Positions 38,937 through 48,597 of a DNA stretch of 64,000 bases are shown here, in pieces. Every line of letters starts with the position of its first letter. Position 1 is the first letter of the stretch. The stretch comes from Minisyncoccota bacterium (lineage in GTDB: Bacteria > Patescibacteriota > Minisyncoccia > Phycocordibacterales > UBA9973): positions 10,167 to 74,166 of the forward strand of contig JBAYVZ010000001.1 of NCBI GenBank assembly GCA_041674285.1. Direction: 5' to 3'. The notes beneath the pieces are model-generated. The model ran no database searches, was not told the DNA's origin, and saw only the letters and a program-made list of their open reading frames with translations. Both the position numbers and the translations under genes were made by a program.

Positions 38937-41139
38937 TATTTATTGTTGGCCACTTTTCTACCATCAATAGGCCTGTGTCTTTATGAATAATAGACCACAA
39001 TTCTTCTGTGACGAATGGCATGAATGGGTGGAGTACTGTTGTTATCTTCTCTAGAGTATTCAATAGGAATTGTGCACGAGCCATTTTCGCACTCTCATCA
39101 TCTCCGTTTAGTATTATTTTGCTTTCCTCAATTATCACATCTGCAAATCGTGTCCATGCATATGCATAGAGCTTTTCTCCGACTAGATAGAATTTGTATT
39201 CATCCATTTCTTTTGTGATCTCAGATATCAGATTGTCTCGCTCTTCGATCAAAGTTTTTTCACTATCTGTATATGCGTCAAACTTTGGATCACATGTGAT
39301 GCCTTCAGTGCTCGATAGGGTAAAGCGCGCGATGTTCCAGAGTTTATTTGCAAAGTGCTTGTATGCTTTTACTTTTTGCATATCAAATTTTGTATCATTA
39401 CCTGGGCCTACACCTACGACGAGTGCCATGCGTAATGCGTCTGTTCCGTATTCGTTTATCACATCTATTGGGTCTATTCCATTGTTTGCAGACTTGCTGA
39501 ATTTCTTACCTTTACTATCACGAACTATCCCATGGAAATAAACAGTATCGAATGGAACTTCATTTAATAGATATTGAGACATGAGGACCATACGAGCAAC
39601 CCAAAATGGCAGGATTTCATATCCCGGCATAACTATTGTAGTAGGATGGTAATTCTTTAAATCTGCAGAATTCATATCTGGCCATCCGAGAGTAGAGAAT
39701 GTCCATAGTCCTGAAGAGAACCAAGTGTCTAGACTATCAGAGTCTTGTTCCCAGCCTTCACCTTCGGGTGCTTCCATATCGCAATAAACTTCATCACCTC
39801 GGTACCATACAGGCACACGGTGTCCGTACCAGATCTGGCGAGATATACACCAGTCGCGAAGATTCGCAATCCAGTGTGAATATATTTTTTCAAATCTATC
39901 TGGTAATACTTTTATTTTGCCATCAACAACAGGTTCAAGCATCAGATCCTTTAAGGTCTTGCCAGTATGTCTTTCTATTGGTTTGTTTACATTTATGAAC
40001 CACTGTAGTTTTGGAATTGGTTCGATGATTGCACCTGTGCGTTCTGCTGTCGATACATTTTGATCAACTTCGACTTCAGATTCCATCAAATTATTATCGC
40101 GTAGCCACTGTGCTACTATCTCACGAGCTTCACCTGTCTTCTTTCCCAGAAGATTTTCACCACCTACTGTCATCTTGGCATATTCATTGATAACTGGTTT
40201 TACCTCCAAGTTATTCTTTTGAGCCATTTCCCAGTCTATCTGACTATCTGCCGGGGTCACTCCGAGGGCTCCAGTACCAAAATCTTTTTCTACATTGTGG
40301 TCTGCGATTATTTTGATTGATAGTGGTACTCCGCAAAAATCAGCCACTTCAAAAGTCTGACCGACATATTGAGTATATCTTTCATCTGCAGGGTTTACAG
40401 CTACTGCCATGTCTCCGACTTTTGTCTCTGGTCGAGTCGTAGATATAGAGATAGGGAAGTCTTTTGAATATTTAAATGTGTATAGTTTTGCTTTTCTTTC
40501 TTCGTAAACTACTTCGTCATCTGATATTACCGTCTGGCCTTTTGGGTCCCAGTTCACAATACGATACCCACGGTAGATCAGACCTTCGTCGTACATTTTC
40601 TTGAATGCAGTGCGTACAGCAAAGTTCCTCTTTTCGTCTAGGGTAAATGCTTCACGAGACCAGTCTATGGATGCACCCATCTTTTTAATCTGAGATACTA
40701 TAGTGTCGTGACTCTCTTGGGCGAATTTGTCTACGCGTTTTAGGAATTCTTCACGGCCTAGATCTGTCTTTCTTTTTCCTTCTTCTTTTTCTAGAATTTT
40801 TTCAACTTTTGATTGTGTGGCGATAGCTGCATGGTCTGTACCAGGGATCCAAAGAGTTTTCTTTCCCTTCATACGATTATACCGAACTAAGACATCTTGC
40901 ATTGTGTCTTCAAAAGCGTGACCTAGGTGTAGTGTACCTGTCACATTTGGAGGAGGTAGGACGATAGAGAAATGTGGAGCGTCGGGTTTTGTGACTCCTT
41001 TTTCTATACAAACATCCGGATTAAAAAATCCACTATCTTGCCATTGCTGGTAAATACGATCCTCAGTATCGGCTGGGTTGTATGGTTGTAATAGCTTTTT
41101 ATCAATATTTGGTTCTTTGTATTCAGGTTTGTCTTGCAT
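38929..41139 (-). CDS. valS: Valine--tRNA ligase (short form)
   Basis: PPPNVTGTLHLGH, WCISRQIWYGH, KFSKS. Confidence 0.96.
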   Translation of the reverse strand: MQDKPEYKEPNIDKKLLQPYNPADTEDRIYQQWQDSGFFNPDVCIEKGVTKPDAPHFSIVLPPPNVTGTLHLGHAFEDTMQDVLVRYNRMKGKKTLWIPGTDHAAIATQSKVEKILEKEEGKRKTDLGREEFLKRVDKFAQESHDTIVSQIKKMGASIDWSREAFTLDEKRNFAVRTAFKKMYDEGLIYRGYRIVNWDPKGQTVISDDEVVYEERKAKLYTFKYSKDFPISISTTRPETKVGDMAVAVNPADERYTQYVGQTFEVADFCGVPLSIKIIADHNVEKDFGTGALGVTPADSQIDWEMAQKNNLEVKPVINEYAKMTVGGENLLGKKTGEAREIVAQWLRDNNLMESEVEVDQNVSTAERTGAIIEPIPKLQWFINVNKPIERHTGKTLKDLMLEPVVDGKIKVLPDRFEKIYSHWIANLRDWCISRQIWYGHRVPVWYRGDEVYCDMEAPEGEGWEQDSDSLDTWFSSGLWTFSTLGWPDMNSADLKNYHPTTIVMPGYEILPFWVARMVLMSQYLLNEVPFDTVYFHGIVRDSKGKKFSKSANNGIDPIDVINEYGTDALRMALVVGVGPGNDTKFDMQKVKAYKHFANKLWNIARFTLSSTEGITCDPKFDAYTDSEKTLIEERDNLISEITKEMDEYKFYLVGEKLYAYAWTRFADVIIEESKIILNGDDESAKMARAQFLLNTLEKITTVLHPFMPFVTEELWSIIHKDTGLLMVEKWPTINNG

Positions 41140-41249
41140 GTATAAAATATAGCATTTTTAAAGCCATCTTTCCAATTATTAAAAACTATTTTGACTTAAT
41201 TTTAAAAAGTGGTAATCTGTGAAAAAAAGAAACTTTAAAACAAATAATT

Positions 41250-41840
41250 ATGGAAAATCAAAAACCTAAAATCAACGTCTCAAAGACATCTAATGATTCT
41301 GATTATTCTCTTGGTAGAGCTCTAAATTTTTGTTATGAATATGACAATTATACTAATTCTCTCCAAGCTAGAGTTGATCGCCTCAAGGCTAAAAAACAAG
41401 AAGAAGTTTTTACTGCTTTGATTAATGAAATTAAAAATAAGATGCCTGAAAAATTTAAGAAATTTTTTGAGTTGAATTTTTCTTTTGACTTGCAGTATAA
41501 CCCTAATGATCCAAAACATAATCTTTTCAAGATGATACGTGATCATATGTATGGATTTATCGGAATTACTTTGTACCGTATCGAGACTATCAGTATTAAA
41601 AATTCTGGATTTGTAAATTTAGAAGATTTTTTGAATTCATTGTCACTTTTAAATGATTCACTCGATGGTGTTTTTAAGGTTGGATGTCATCAATCAGATA
41701 TGTCGAAAGAAGAAATTAAAAGAATGCAAATGATTTCTTTGTCTTTTTGGCTCGATAAGCCAGATTATATTAGAGAAATGAATAGAAAATCTATGGATGA
41801 TTTATTTAATGCACAAGAAAAACTTAGTAAAAAAAGTTAG
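41250..41840 (+). CDS. Hypothetical protein (cassette 1 payload)
   Basis: 196-aa ORF between duplicated promoter and duplicated hairpin. Confidence 0.7.
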   Translation: MENQKPKINVSKTSNDSDYSLGRALNFCYEYDNYTNSLQARVDRLKAKKQEEVFTALINEIKNKMPEKFKKFFELNFSFDLQYNPNDPKHNLFKMIRDHMYGFIGITLYRIETISIKNSGFVNLEDFLNSLSLLNDSLDGVFKVGCHQSDMSKEEIKRMQMISLSFWLDKPDYIREMNRKSMDDLFNAQEKLSKKS

Positions 41841-41844
41841 GTAA

Positions 41845-41897
41845 TTAAAACCCCAAATTCCCGTTTGCTTTCAGAGATGAAAGTGAACGGGTTTTTT
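41845..41897. repeat. Duplicate of tsaD 3' end doubling as terminator hairpin
   Basis: Matches 42796-42850; minus strand reads TRSLSSLKANGNLGF*. Confidence 0.85.
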
Positions 41898-41963
41898 ATT
41901 TATATTATGCTTTGACTTAATTTTAAAAAGTGGTAATGTAAAAAGAAAAACTTAACAAAAGCC

Positions 41964-42788
41964 ATGGAAATAAAACAAAAGATTTTGAAAGAGCCTGTGC
42001 TTATCTCTGGTAAGGATTACTGGGGAAGGTCAGCATGGATTAAATTTTCTCCGTCCGTTCGTTCTGGGTGGTGGTGGAAAACCAAAGATGGGGTGATTCC
42101 TATTAATCACAAAATTGCAGAAAAAAGACGCGGGCAAATATCTCTTTGTTCGGGCTCAGAATCTATCGCAGTATGGGAGCATATAGGTGTTTTGAGATTT
42201 TTAGGATTTGATTGTGTTGAAGTAGAATCATCGCCTTGGGCTCCGTATGATGGATCCGCGCTTATTTACTACGAACACTTGGAGGGTAAATTTGCTGTTA
42301 GTGGCAGCAATATCCCCTGGGTCAGGATAACCGAAGATGTAAAGAGTGCGTATGATCCAAATAAGAGAGATGGTTATGTGAAGATCAGTCCTGTATTGTC
42401 TGATGGAAATGAAGTTGCTGATTTATGCTTGAGTGTTGAGGCAGGATGGTCTCCTCTCCCGAGCATAAATAGAACTGTGTTTGCTTCTGATCAGGATTAT
42501 CTATTAAGTATCTTGGGTGTAAAAGCCCAGGGCTATCCTCATTATCTTTATAATGTTGCAAAAGTTGCATCAAAACTTGGCTACCCTCATTTCAAGGAGC
42601 TAACATGGTTGGAAGATCATGGGCCAGAAAAAACCGCTGAACTATTTTTTAGCCATCGTGTTCTGGATTTGTTGGGATGCATGAGTTTGTGTCACCATGA
42701 ATACTTGCCTGTTGGTCATGTCGAGTCTCGTTTTGCTGGTCACGAAGTAGACCTCAGCGCAGTAAAAAAGTGTTTTGTATATTTATAA
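41964..42788 (+). CDS. LpxC-like (UDP-3-O-acyl-GlcNAc deacetylase family) divergent protein
   Basis: KQKILKEPV.ISG, EH...L..LG.D, P.DGSA, HRVLDLLG, AGH resemble LpxC motifs. Confidence 0.75.
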   Translation: MEIKQKILKEPVLISGKDYWGRSAWIKFSPSVRSGWWWKTKDGVIPINHKIAEKRRGQISLCSGSESIAVWEHIGVLRFLGFDCVEVESSPWAPYDGSALIYYEHLEGKFAVSGSNIPWVRITEDVKSAYDPNKRDGYVKISPVLSDGNEVADLCLSVEAGWSPLPSINRTVFASDQDYLLSILGVKAQGYPHYLYNVAKVASKLGYPHFKELTWLEDHGPEKTAELFFSHRVLDLLGCMSLCHHEYLPVGHVESRFAGHEVDLSAVKKCFVYL

Positions 42789-42795
42789 AGTCGTT

Positions 42796-44022
42796 TTAGA
42801 GCCCTAAATTCCCGTTTGCTTTCAGAGATGAAAGTGAGCGGGATTTTTTTATTGGTTTTTTAAGATAATTAAAGTATCCTGCGATGGCTATCATCAGGCC
42901 GTTGTCAGTAGAAAGTTTTTTTGTAGGGAAGTATACTTTAATTTTTAATTTTTCATTTTTAATTTTTAAACCTACTTTCTCTCTCAATACTTTTTGTAAA
43001 TGCGTATTTGCAGATACTCCACCACCCACTATCAGCGTCTGGATTTTATATTTTTCTATGGCCTTGATTGTCTTGTATGTCAGGACTTCTACTATTGAAT
43101 CTTCTACTTCACAAGCTATTTCTTTTTTTTGTTCATCATTTATATCTCCAAGGTCGCGTATCAAATACAGCACTGCAGTCTTGAGTCCAGAGAATGAAAA
43201 ATCAAAATCTCCAGAGTGTATCATTGGGCGAGGTAATTTAATTTTATTCTCCTCTTGAGGAGTACCCGCCAATGCGGGGGAGGTGGATGTATTTGAATTC
43301 TTTCGATGCTCTGCTGCCAATTTAGAAATCTCTGGTCCGCCGGGGTACGGCAGGGATAGCATGCGGGCTACCTTATCAAAAGCTTCACCTGCTGCATCGT
43401 CACGAGTTTGACCGATGACTTTGTATTTGCCGAAATCTTTCATGAGGACTAGCTCTGTATGTCCACCAGATACGAGCAGAGAAAGAGCAGGGAACTGTAT
43501 CTCTGGAATTTTCCCCTCATCTGTCATCAATATAGATAATATATGCCCCTCCATGTGGTTCACAGGTAGTAGTGGGAGATCCCATGCGATAGACAGTGCT
43601 TTTGCAAAGCTGATACCTACCCATAGTGCTGGCTCGAGGCCTGGACCTACTGTCACAGCTATGGCATCTATCTTGGGCTTGGCTATCTTAGATATGGAAT
43701 TTATGAATGTTTCTGGTAAGTCATTTTCTCTTGAGAGTATCTCTTTTATTTTTACCTCATCAATTTTTAATTTTTCATTTTTAATTTTTAATTTAAATAG
43801 TCCTGCATCTTTGAGTGCTTTTTCAAAAACGGGTACGATATTCTTGCCGTGCTCGCGCTTTGCCATCATAGGGAATACGCCACCATAGTTCGTATGGATG
43901 GGTTGGGATTGTATTGCATTTGCCATCATGTGCAGACAGTGACTACTCTTTCCACGCTTCCGCGCGTCGAGTATCGCTATTCCTGTATCGTCGCAAGATG
44001 TTTCTATTGCTAGTATCTTCAT
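42796..44022 (-). CDS. tsaD: tRNA N6-threonylcarbamoyltransferase TsaD
   Basis: ILAIETSCDDT, VNHMEGH, LVSGGHT, DDAAGEAFDK, FSFSGLKT. Confidence 0.96.
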   Translation of the reverse strand: MKILAIETSCDDTGIAILDARKRGKSSHCLHMMANAIQSQPIHTNYGGVFPMMAKREHGKNIVPVFEKALKDAGLFKLKIKNEKLKIDEVKIKEILSRENDLPETFINSISKIAKPKIDAIAVTVGPGLEPALWVGISFAKALSIAWDLPLLPVNHMEGHILSILMTDEGKIPEIQFPALSLLVSGGHTELVLMKDFGKYKVIGQTRDDAAGEAFDKVARMLSLPYPGGPEISKLAAEHRKNSNTSTSPALAGTPQEENKIKLPRPMIHSGDFDFSFSGLKTAVLYLIRDLGDINDEQKKEIACEVEDSIVEVLTYKTIKAIEKYKIQTLIVGGGVSANTHLQKVLREKVGLKIKNEKLKIKVYFPTKKLSTDNGLMIAIAGYFNYLKKPIKKSRSLSSLKANGNLGL

Positions 44023-44054
44023 AATATTAATTATACTTTGAATTAAAATTTAAA

Positions 44055-44128
44055 TTACCACTTCCCGCCCCGTAGGAAGTACTCTTTCCTTTGGGGTCGC
44101 AAGAGGTCTCTATCGCTAGAATCTTCAT
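44055..44128 (+). repeat. GCCCCGTAG hairpin element followed by 33-bp synonymous duplicate of tsaD 5' end
   Basis: 44096-44128 vs 43990-44022: four mismatches, both encode MKILAIETSCD. Confidence 0.85.
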
Positions 44129-44208
44129 TTTTAGAATATAGCAAATATAAGCCTTTTTGACTATACTTTATAAATATGTTATTTTAAATAAAAGAAAATT
44201 AATTTATC

Positions 44209-44790
44209 ATGAAAAAACATTTAATCACAATTGCGGGGAATAATGGAAGTGGTAAATCAACTACTTCAAAAAAAATAGCAAACACTCTAGGTTATACTCA
44301 TAAATCAACCGGAGATTTTATGCGATCTATAGCACTAGAAAAAGGTGTGACATTACAAGAATTGGGTAGTATTGCAGAAAAAGATCCAACTATAGACAAA
44401 ATGTTGGATGATTCAAATCTTGAAATTGGAAAGATGGACAATGTTGTTCTCGATTCACGTTTAGGGTTTTATTTTATACCGGATTCATTTAAAGTTTTTT
44501 TGAAGTGTGATTCAAAAATTGCGGCTACTCGATTTCTTAAATCAGCAGTAGAAAATCCAGACAGATTGAATGAAAATTTATCTAAGTCAGAAGATGTATC
44601 AGACATAGCTCGCTCATTTGATATCCGTTTGGAGAGTGAGAAAAAAAGATATGATGATTTGTATGGGATAAAAGATCATACAGATACATCAAATTTTGAT
44701 CTAGTTATTGATACGAGCCTTCCCGAGAACTCAAAAGAAAGAGTTCCACAAATTATTATTGAGGTCTACAATCAGTGGCTTAATAAGTAA
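44209..44790 (+). CDS. cmk: Cytidylate kinase, archaeal-type
   Basis: GNNGSGKST, STGDFMR, DSRLG, RY..LYGI, FDLVIDT. Confidence 0.85.
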   Translation: MKKHLITIAGNNGSGKSTTSKKIANTLGYTHKSTGDFMRSIALEKGVTLQELGSIAEKDPTIDKMLDDSNLEIGKMDNVVLDSRLGFYFIPDSFKVFLKCDSKIAATRFLKSAVENPDRLNENLSKSEDVSDIARSFDIRLESEKKRYDDLYGIKDHTDTSNFDLVIDTSLPENSKERVPQIIIEVYNQWLNK

Positions 44791-44856
44791 TTTAAAGAAA
44801 AAAAGCTTCCTTTTAGGGGGCTTTTTTTTATTCCACAAAGGGTTTATAGTATATAT

Positions 44857-46272
44857 ATGAAGCTACTATCAAATATCATCAAGAACATAGAAGTCCTAGA
44901 AACACATGGCAATGTAGATGTATCTATTTCTGCTGTCTCGCTTTCAAATAAAGATATAGTAGAGAATTCACTCTTTGTGGCCATAAAAGGTCATATTACA
45001 GATGGGCACAATTTTATAGATGATGTGATATCAAAGGGTGCAAAGGTGATAGTGCACCAGGCGGATTTAGATCAATATAATCATGGAGTGGTTTATGTAA
45101 AAGTTCGCGACACAAAGGGGGCAGTCGGTATCATCGCGCACAATTTCTACAATCATCCATCTTTTAAATTAAAATTGGTTGGAGTCACTGGTACAAATGG
45201 CAAGACTACCGTAGCTACTCTTTCGCATAATCTATTTTCAAACTTGGGCTATAAGACTGGGCTCATCTCTACTGTCGCTGACAAGATTGGTGATCAAATC
45301 ATCGATTCCAAGAGAATCATACCTACTACTCCAGATGCGATCACTTTGAATAATATACTATCTACTATGGTGGATGCTGGTTGTGAATATTGTTTTATGG
45401 AAGTCTCATCCCATGCAGTAGCTGAAAAGAGAATCGCAGGTCTATCTTTTACTGGGGGTATATTTACAAACCTGACTCACGATCATCTCGATTATCATAA
45501 AGATTTTGAGAATTATCTGAATGCAAAAAAAGCTTTTTTCGACGGTCTGCATGATACTGCTTTTGCTCTTGCCAATATCGATGATGGAAGTGGAGAGGCA
45601 ATGCTCCTAGATACAAAAGCAAAAAAATATTTCTATGGTTTTAAAAAACCGGCATCTTTCGATTCAAAATTGGAATCCAGATTGATTGGCGATTTCAATA
45701 TGTATAATGTCCTCGCTGTGTATGGTGCGGCATCACTCCTAGGGATAGAGGACGACAGATTAATATCTGAGATAAAAAAGCTAGATCCAGTAGAAGGACG
45801 ATTTAATTATTTTAAATCAGACAGTGGTGTCACTGGCATCGTAGACTACGCACATACTCCGGATGCACTAGAGAATGCCTTGCAGACGACTCTGCGCCTT
45901 GCAGGAGATGAATCTACTGATAGTAGGGTCATCACTGTAGTCGGATGTGGTGGTGAGAGGGACAAGACAAAGCGCCCGATGATGGCTCAGATTGCATATG
46001 CGGATAGTGATGTTGTCATTCTGACTTCTGACAATCCACGCAGTGAAAAGATTGAGGATATACTCGCAGATATGCGCGCTGGACTACCCGAGGATGTAGA
46101 GGGTGTGTATGTCATATCCGATAGGCACGAGGCTATACAGAAAGCTTGCGAGATGTCTGTACCAGAGGACTATATATTGGTAGCTGGCAAGGGGCATGAA
46201 AAATATCAAGAGATAAATGGCGTGAAAAATCATTTTGACGATATGGAAGAATTAAAAAAATATTTAAAGTAA
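44857..46272 (+). CDS. murE: UDP-MurNAc-tripeptide synthetase
   Basis: GVTGTNGKTT, MEVSSH, DYAHTPD, DNPR, AGKGHE. Confidence 0.95.
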   Translation: MKLLSNIIKNIEVLETHGNVDVSISAVSLSNKDIVENSLFVAIKGHITDGHNFIDDVISKGAKVIVHQADLDQYNHGVVYVKVRDTKGAVGIIAHNFYNHPSFKLKLVGVTGTNGKTTVATLSHNLFSNLGYKTGLISTVADKIGDQIIDSKRIIPTTPDAITLNNILSTMVDAGCEYCFMEVSSHAVAEKRIAGLSFTGGIFTNLTHDHLDYHKDFENYLNAKKAFFDGLHDTAFALANIDDGSGEAMLLDTKAKKYFYGFKKPASFDSKLESRLIGDFNMYNVLAVYGAASLLGIEDDRLISEIKKLDPVEGRFNYFKSDSGVTGIVDYAHTPDALENALQTTLRLAGDESTDSRVITVVGCGGERDKTKRPMMAQIAYADSDVVILTSDNPRSEKIEDILADMRAGLPEDVEGVYVISDRHEAIQKACEMSVPEDYILVAGKGHEKYQEINGVKNHFDDMEELKKYLK

Positions 46273-46357
46273 TAAAATAGCCGCAGGCGAAAGCCTGCGG
46301 TTTTTTTTATTGACATTTTGTTTTTTAAATGTGATGATTGTAAAAAATCCCAAACCT

Positions 46358-46555
46358 ATGCCAAATAAAGAAACAGTTACTCCAGCTGAAAATGGAGATG
46401 CCAAGGTTCCTCATACAAAGATGGATGAGGGATATAATGAGAGAACTGAAAACATAGAAACTTGCACTCATCACAATGAAGAAGATGGGGTTCGCGGCGG
46501 AAAGTGTTCCGGTCAAGGTCGCCATGGTGGCCAATACCCAAGACAAGGAGATTAA
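46358..46555 (+). CDS. Small hydrophilic hypothetical protein in own promoter-terminator cassette
   Basis: TTGACA at about 46310, ATG 46358, terminator at about 46575-46607. Confidence 0.55.
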   Translation: MPNKETVTPAENGDAKVPHTKMDEGYNERTENIETCTHHNEEDGVRGGKCSGQGRHGGQYPRQGD

Positions 46556-46645
46556 CCTCCTCTCAATTTTTTAAAAAAGAACAGCTCCCAGGGCTGTTTT
46601 CTTTTTGTTTAAAATACAGGGTTTTTGTGTTATAATGAGCTCTCA

Positions 46646-47974
46646 ATGAAAAACTACAAGAATCTATTTAAGGACAAAAAAATAACGATTATGGGCTTAG
46701 GACTACTGGGGCGTGGACTCGGATATACCAAATTCCTAGCAGAGTGCGGTGCGGATTTGATAGTGACTGATCTAAAGAATTCTGATCAATTAGCAACTTC
46801 AGTAAAAGTCCTCTCGAAATTCCCAAATATAAAATTCGTATTAGGCGAGCATAGGCTCGAGGATTTTCGTGATAGGGATATGATAATAAAAAATCCAGGT
46901 ATTCCTATGGATTCTGTATATATTGCAGAGGCGAGGAAGAACAATATCCCGATAGAGATGGATGTATCACTCTTTGCAAAATGCGCACCCGGCGTAGAGA
47001 TCGTGGGAGTGACTGGTACTCGTGGTAAATCCATGACGACAAACTTGATATATGAGATATTGAAATCTCAAGAGAAATCTTTAAACAAGAGTGTATTCAT
47101 CGGTGGCAATGTACGCGGTGTAGCGACACTCCCACTCCTTTCAAAAGTAAAAGATGGCGATATTCTTGTAGCAGAGCTTGATTCATGGCAGCTCCAAGGT
47201 TTTGGTGATTCAAAATTATCTCCGCATATTTCTGTATTCACTAATTTTATGACTGACCATATGAATTACTATCGGGATAATATGGACCTATACTTTGCCG
47301 ACAAGGCCAATATTTTTAAATATCAAAAGGCGGGGGATACACTAGTGATCCGTCCGGGTATGAAGAAATTAATACCAAAGGATATAAAGAGTAAGCTCAT
47401 AGTGGTGAAGCCGAATACTGTAAAAGATTGGAAGTTTGCAGTACCCGGTGTACACCAGATGGAGAATATGGCCTGTGCTGTAGAAGTTGCGAAACTTTTT
47501 GGTATACCAGAGTCAAAAATCAAAAAAGCGGTAAAAGATTTTGGGGGTCTCGAAGGGCGACTTGAACTCGTAAAGAATGCTCGTGGTATCAAGATCTATA
47601 ATGACAACAATGCTACTACACCAGAGGCGACTATTTCTGGGCTGCAAGCTATCGGTGAAAAGAAAAATGTGATTTTGATTTGTGGTGGTAATGATAAGAA
47701 TATTCCAGTTATAGATTTTGTAAAAGCTATCAATAAATATTGTAAATTGGTAGTGACTATTCCGGGTACTGGCACTGATAAGTTATCAAGTGAAAAGTTG
47801 AAAGTTGAAAGTATAAAGACTGAAAATCTAAAGCAGGCATTTGATACTGCTACAAAATCCGCAAAAAGGGGAGACATCATTCTATTCTCTCCAGCCTTTT
47901 CTTCTTTTTCTCAATACAACAATGAATACGAGCGTAATGATGAATTTGTAAAATTAGTAAAGAAATTTAAATAA
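46646..47974 (+). CDS. murD: UDP-MurNAc-L-Ala--D-Glu ligase
   Basis: GLGLLG, GVTGTRGKS, ELDSWQL, DHMNY, FSPAFSS. Confidence 0.93.
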   Translation: MKNYKNLFKDKKITIMGLGLLGRGLGYTKFLAECGADLIVTDLKNSDQLATSVKVLSKFPNIKFVLGEHRLEDFRDRDMIIKNPGIPMDSVYIAEARKNNIPIEMDVSLFAKCAPGVEIVGVTGTRGKSMTTNLIYEILKSQEKSLNKSVFIGGNVRGVATLPLLSKVKDGDILVAELDSWQLQGFGDSKLSPHISVFTNFMTDHMNYYRDNMDLYFADKANIFKYQKAGDTLVIRPGMKKLIPKDIKSKLIVVKPNTVKDWKFAVPGVHQMENMACAVEVAKLFGIPESKIKKAVKDFGGLEGRLELVKNARGIKIYNDNNATTPEATISGLQAIGEKKNVILICGGNDKNIPVIDFVKAINKYCKLVVTIPGTGTDKLSSEKLKVESIKTENLKQAFDTATKSAKRGDIILFSPAFSSFSQYNNEYERNDEFVKLVKKFK

Positions 47975-47975
47975 A

Positions 47976-48596
47976 ATGGATGAAGTCAATAAATACGCAA
48001 AGATAATATGGGATTATATGCTCATGCATCAAGATTTAAAACCGGTGGATGCTATTTTTGTCTTGGGTTCTACGGATTTACGTGTTGCTGAGAGGGCTGC
48101 ATATTTATATTTACAAGGTCATGCCCCGTTTATTATTTGTTCTGGTGGTTTTGGTAAAATTTCAAAATTTAATAGACCAGAAGCAGTTGAATTTTCGGAT
48201 GTTATTATAGAAATGGGGGTACCTGCTGATAAAATATTGATTGAAGATAAGGCTAGTAATACTGGAGAGAATATTTTATTTACTAAAAAAATATTAGAAG
48301 AAAAAAACATAAAATTAAACAGTATCATTGCAGTGCAAAAACCTTATATGGAAAGGAGAACTTTTGCTACGATTAAAAAACAGTGGCCAGAAATTGACTT
48401 GCTAGTAACATCACCGCTTGTATCATATGAAGAATGGGGTAATCAGGATTTTATTGAAGTGATGGTTGGTGACTTGGAGAGAATTAAAGAGTATCCTAAA
48501 TTGGGTTTCCAGATTGAACAGGATATTCCAGATGATGTGTGGCAAGCCCATGATGAACTTGTTAAATTAGGCTTTGATAAATATAAATTAAAATAA
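47976..48596 (+). CDS. YdcF / DUF218 family protein
   Basis: FVLGS, SGG.G, EA..F, NTGENI, KPYMERR. Confidence 0.88.
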   Translation: MDEVNKYAKIIWDYMLMHQDLKPVDAIFVLGSTDLRVAERAAYLYLQGHAPFIICSGGFGKISKFNRPEAVEFSDVIIEMGVPADKILIEDKASNTGENILFTKKILEEKNIKLNSIIAVQKPYMERRTFATIKKQWPEIDLLVTSPLVSYEEWGNQDFIEVMVGDLERIKEYPKLGFQIEQDIPDDVWQAHDELVKLGFDKYKLK

Positions 48597-48597
48597 A

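Noticed and set aside
38929-41139. ValS pseudogene (short C-terminus, KFSKS)
   Set aside because: The frame is intact with all catalytic motifs; shortened ValS forms are plausible in reduced genomes.
42884-43888. Antisense/shadow ORFs in the six-frame track (e.g. opposite tsaD, ychF, valS, lepA)
   Set aside because: They overlap well-supported genes on the opposite strand and lack motifs.
43990-44128. DGR template/variable repeat pair (all four mismatches fall at adenines of the tsaD coding strand)
   Set aside because: Changes are confined to silent third positions, which are mostly A here; the repeat is only 33 bp and no reverse transcriptase is in the window.
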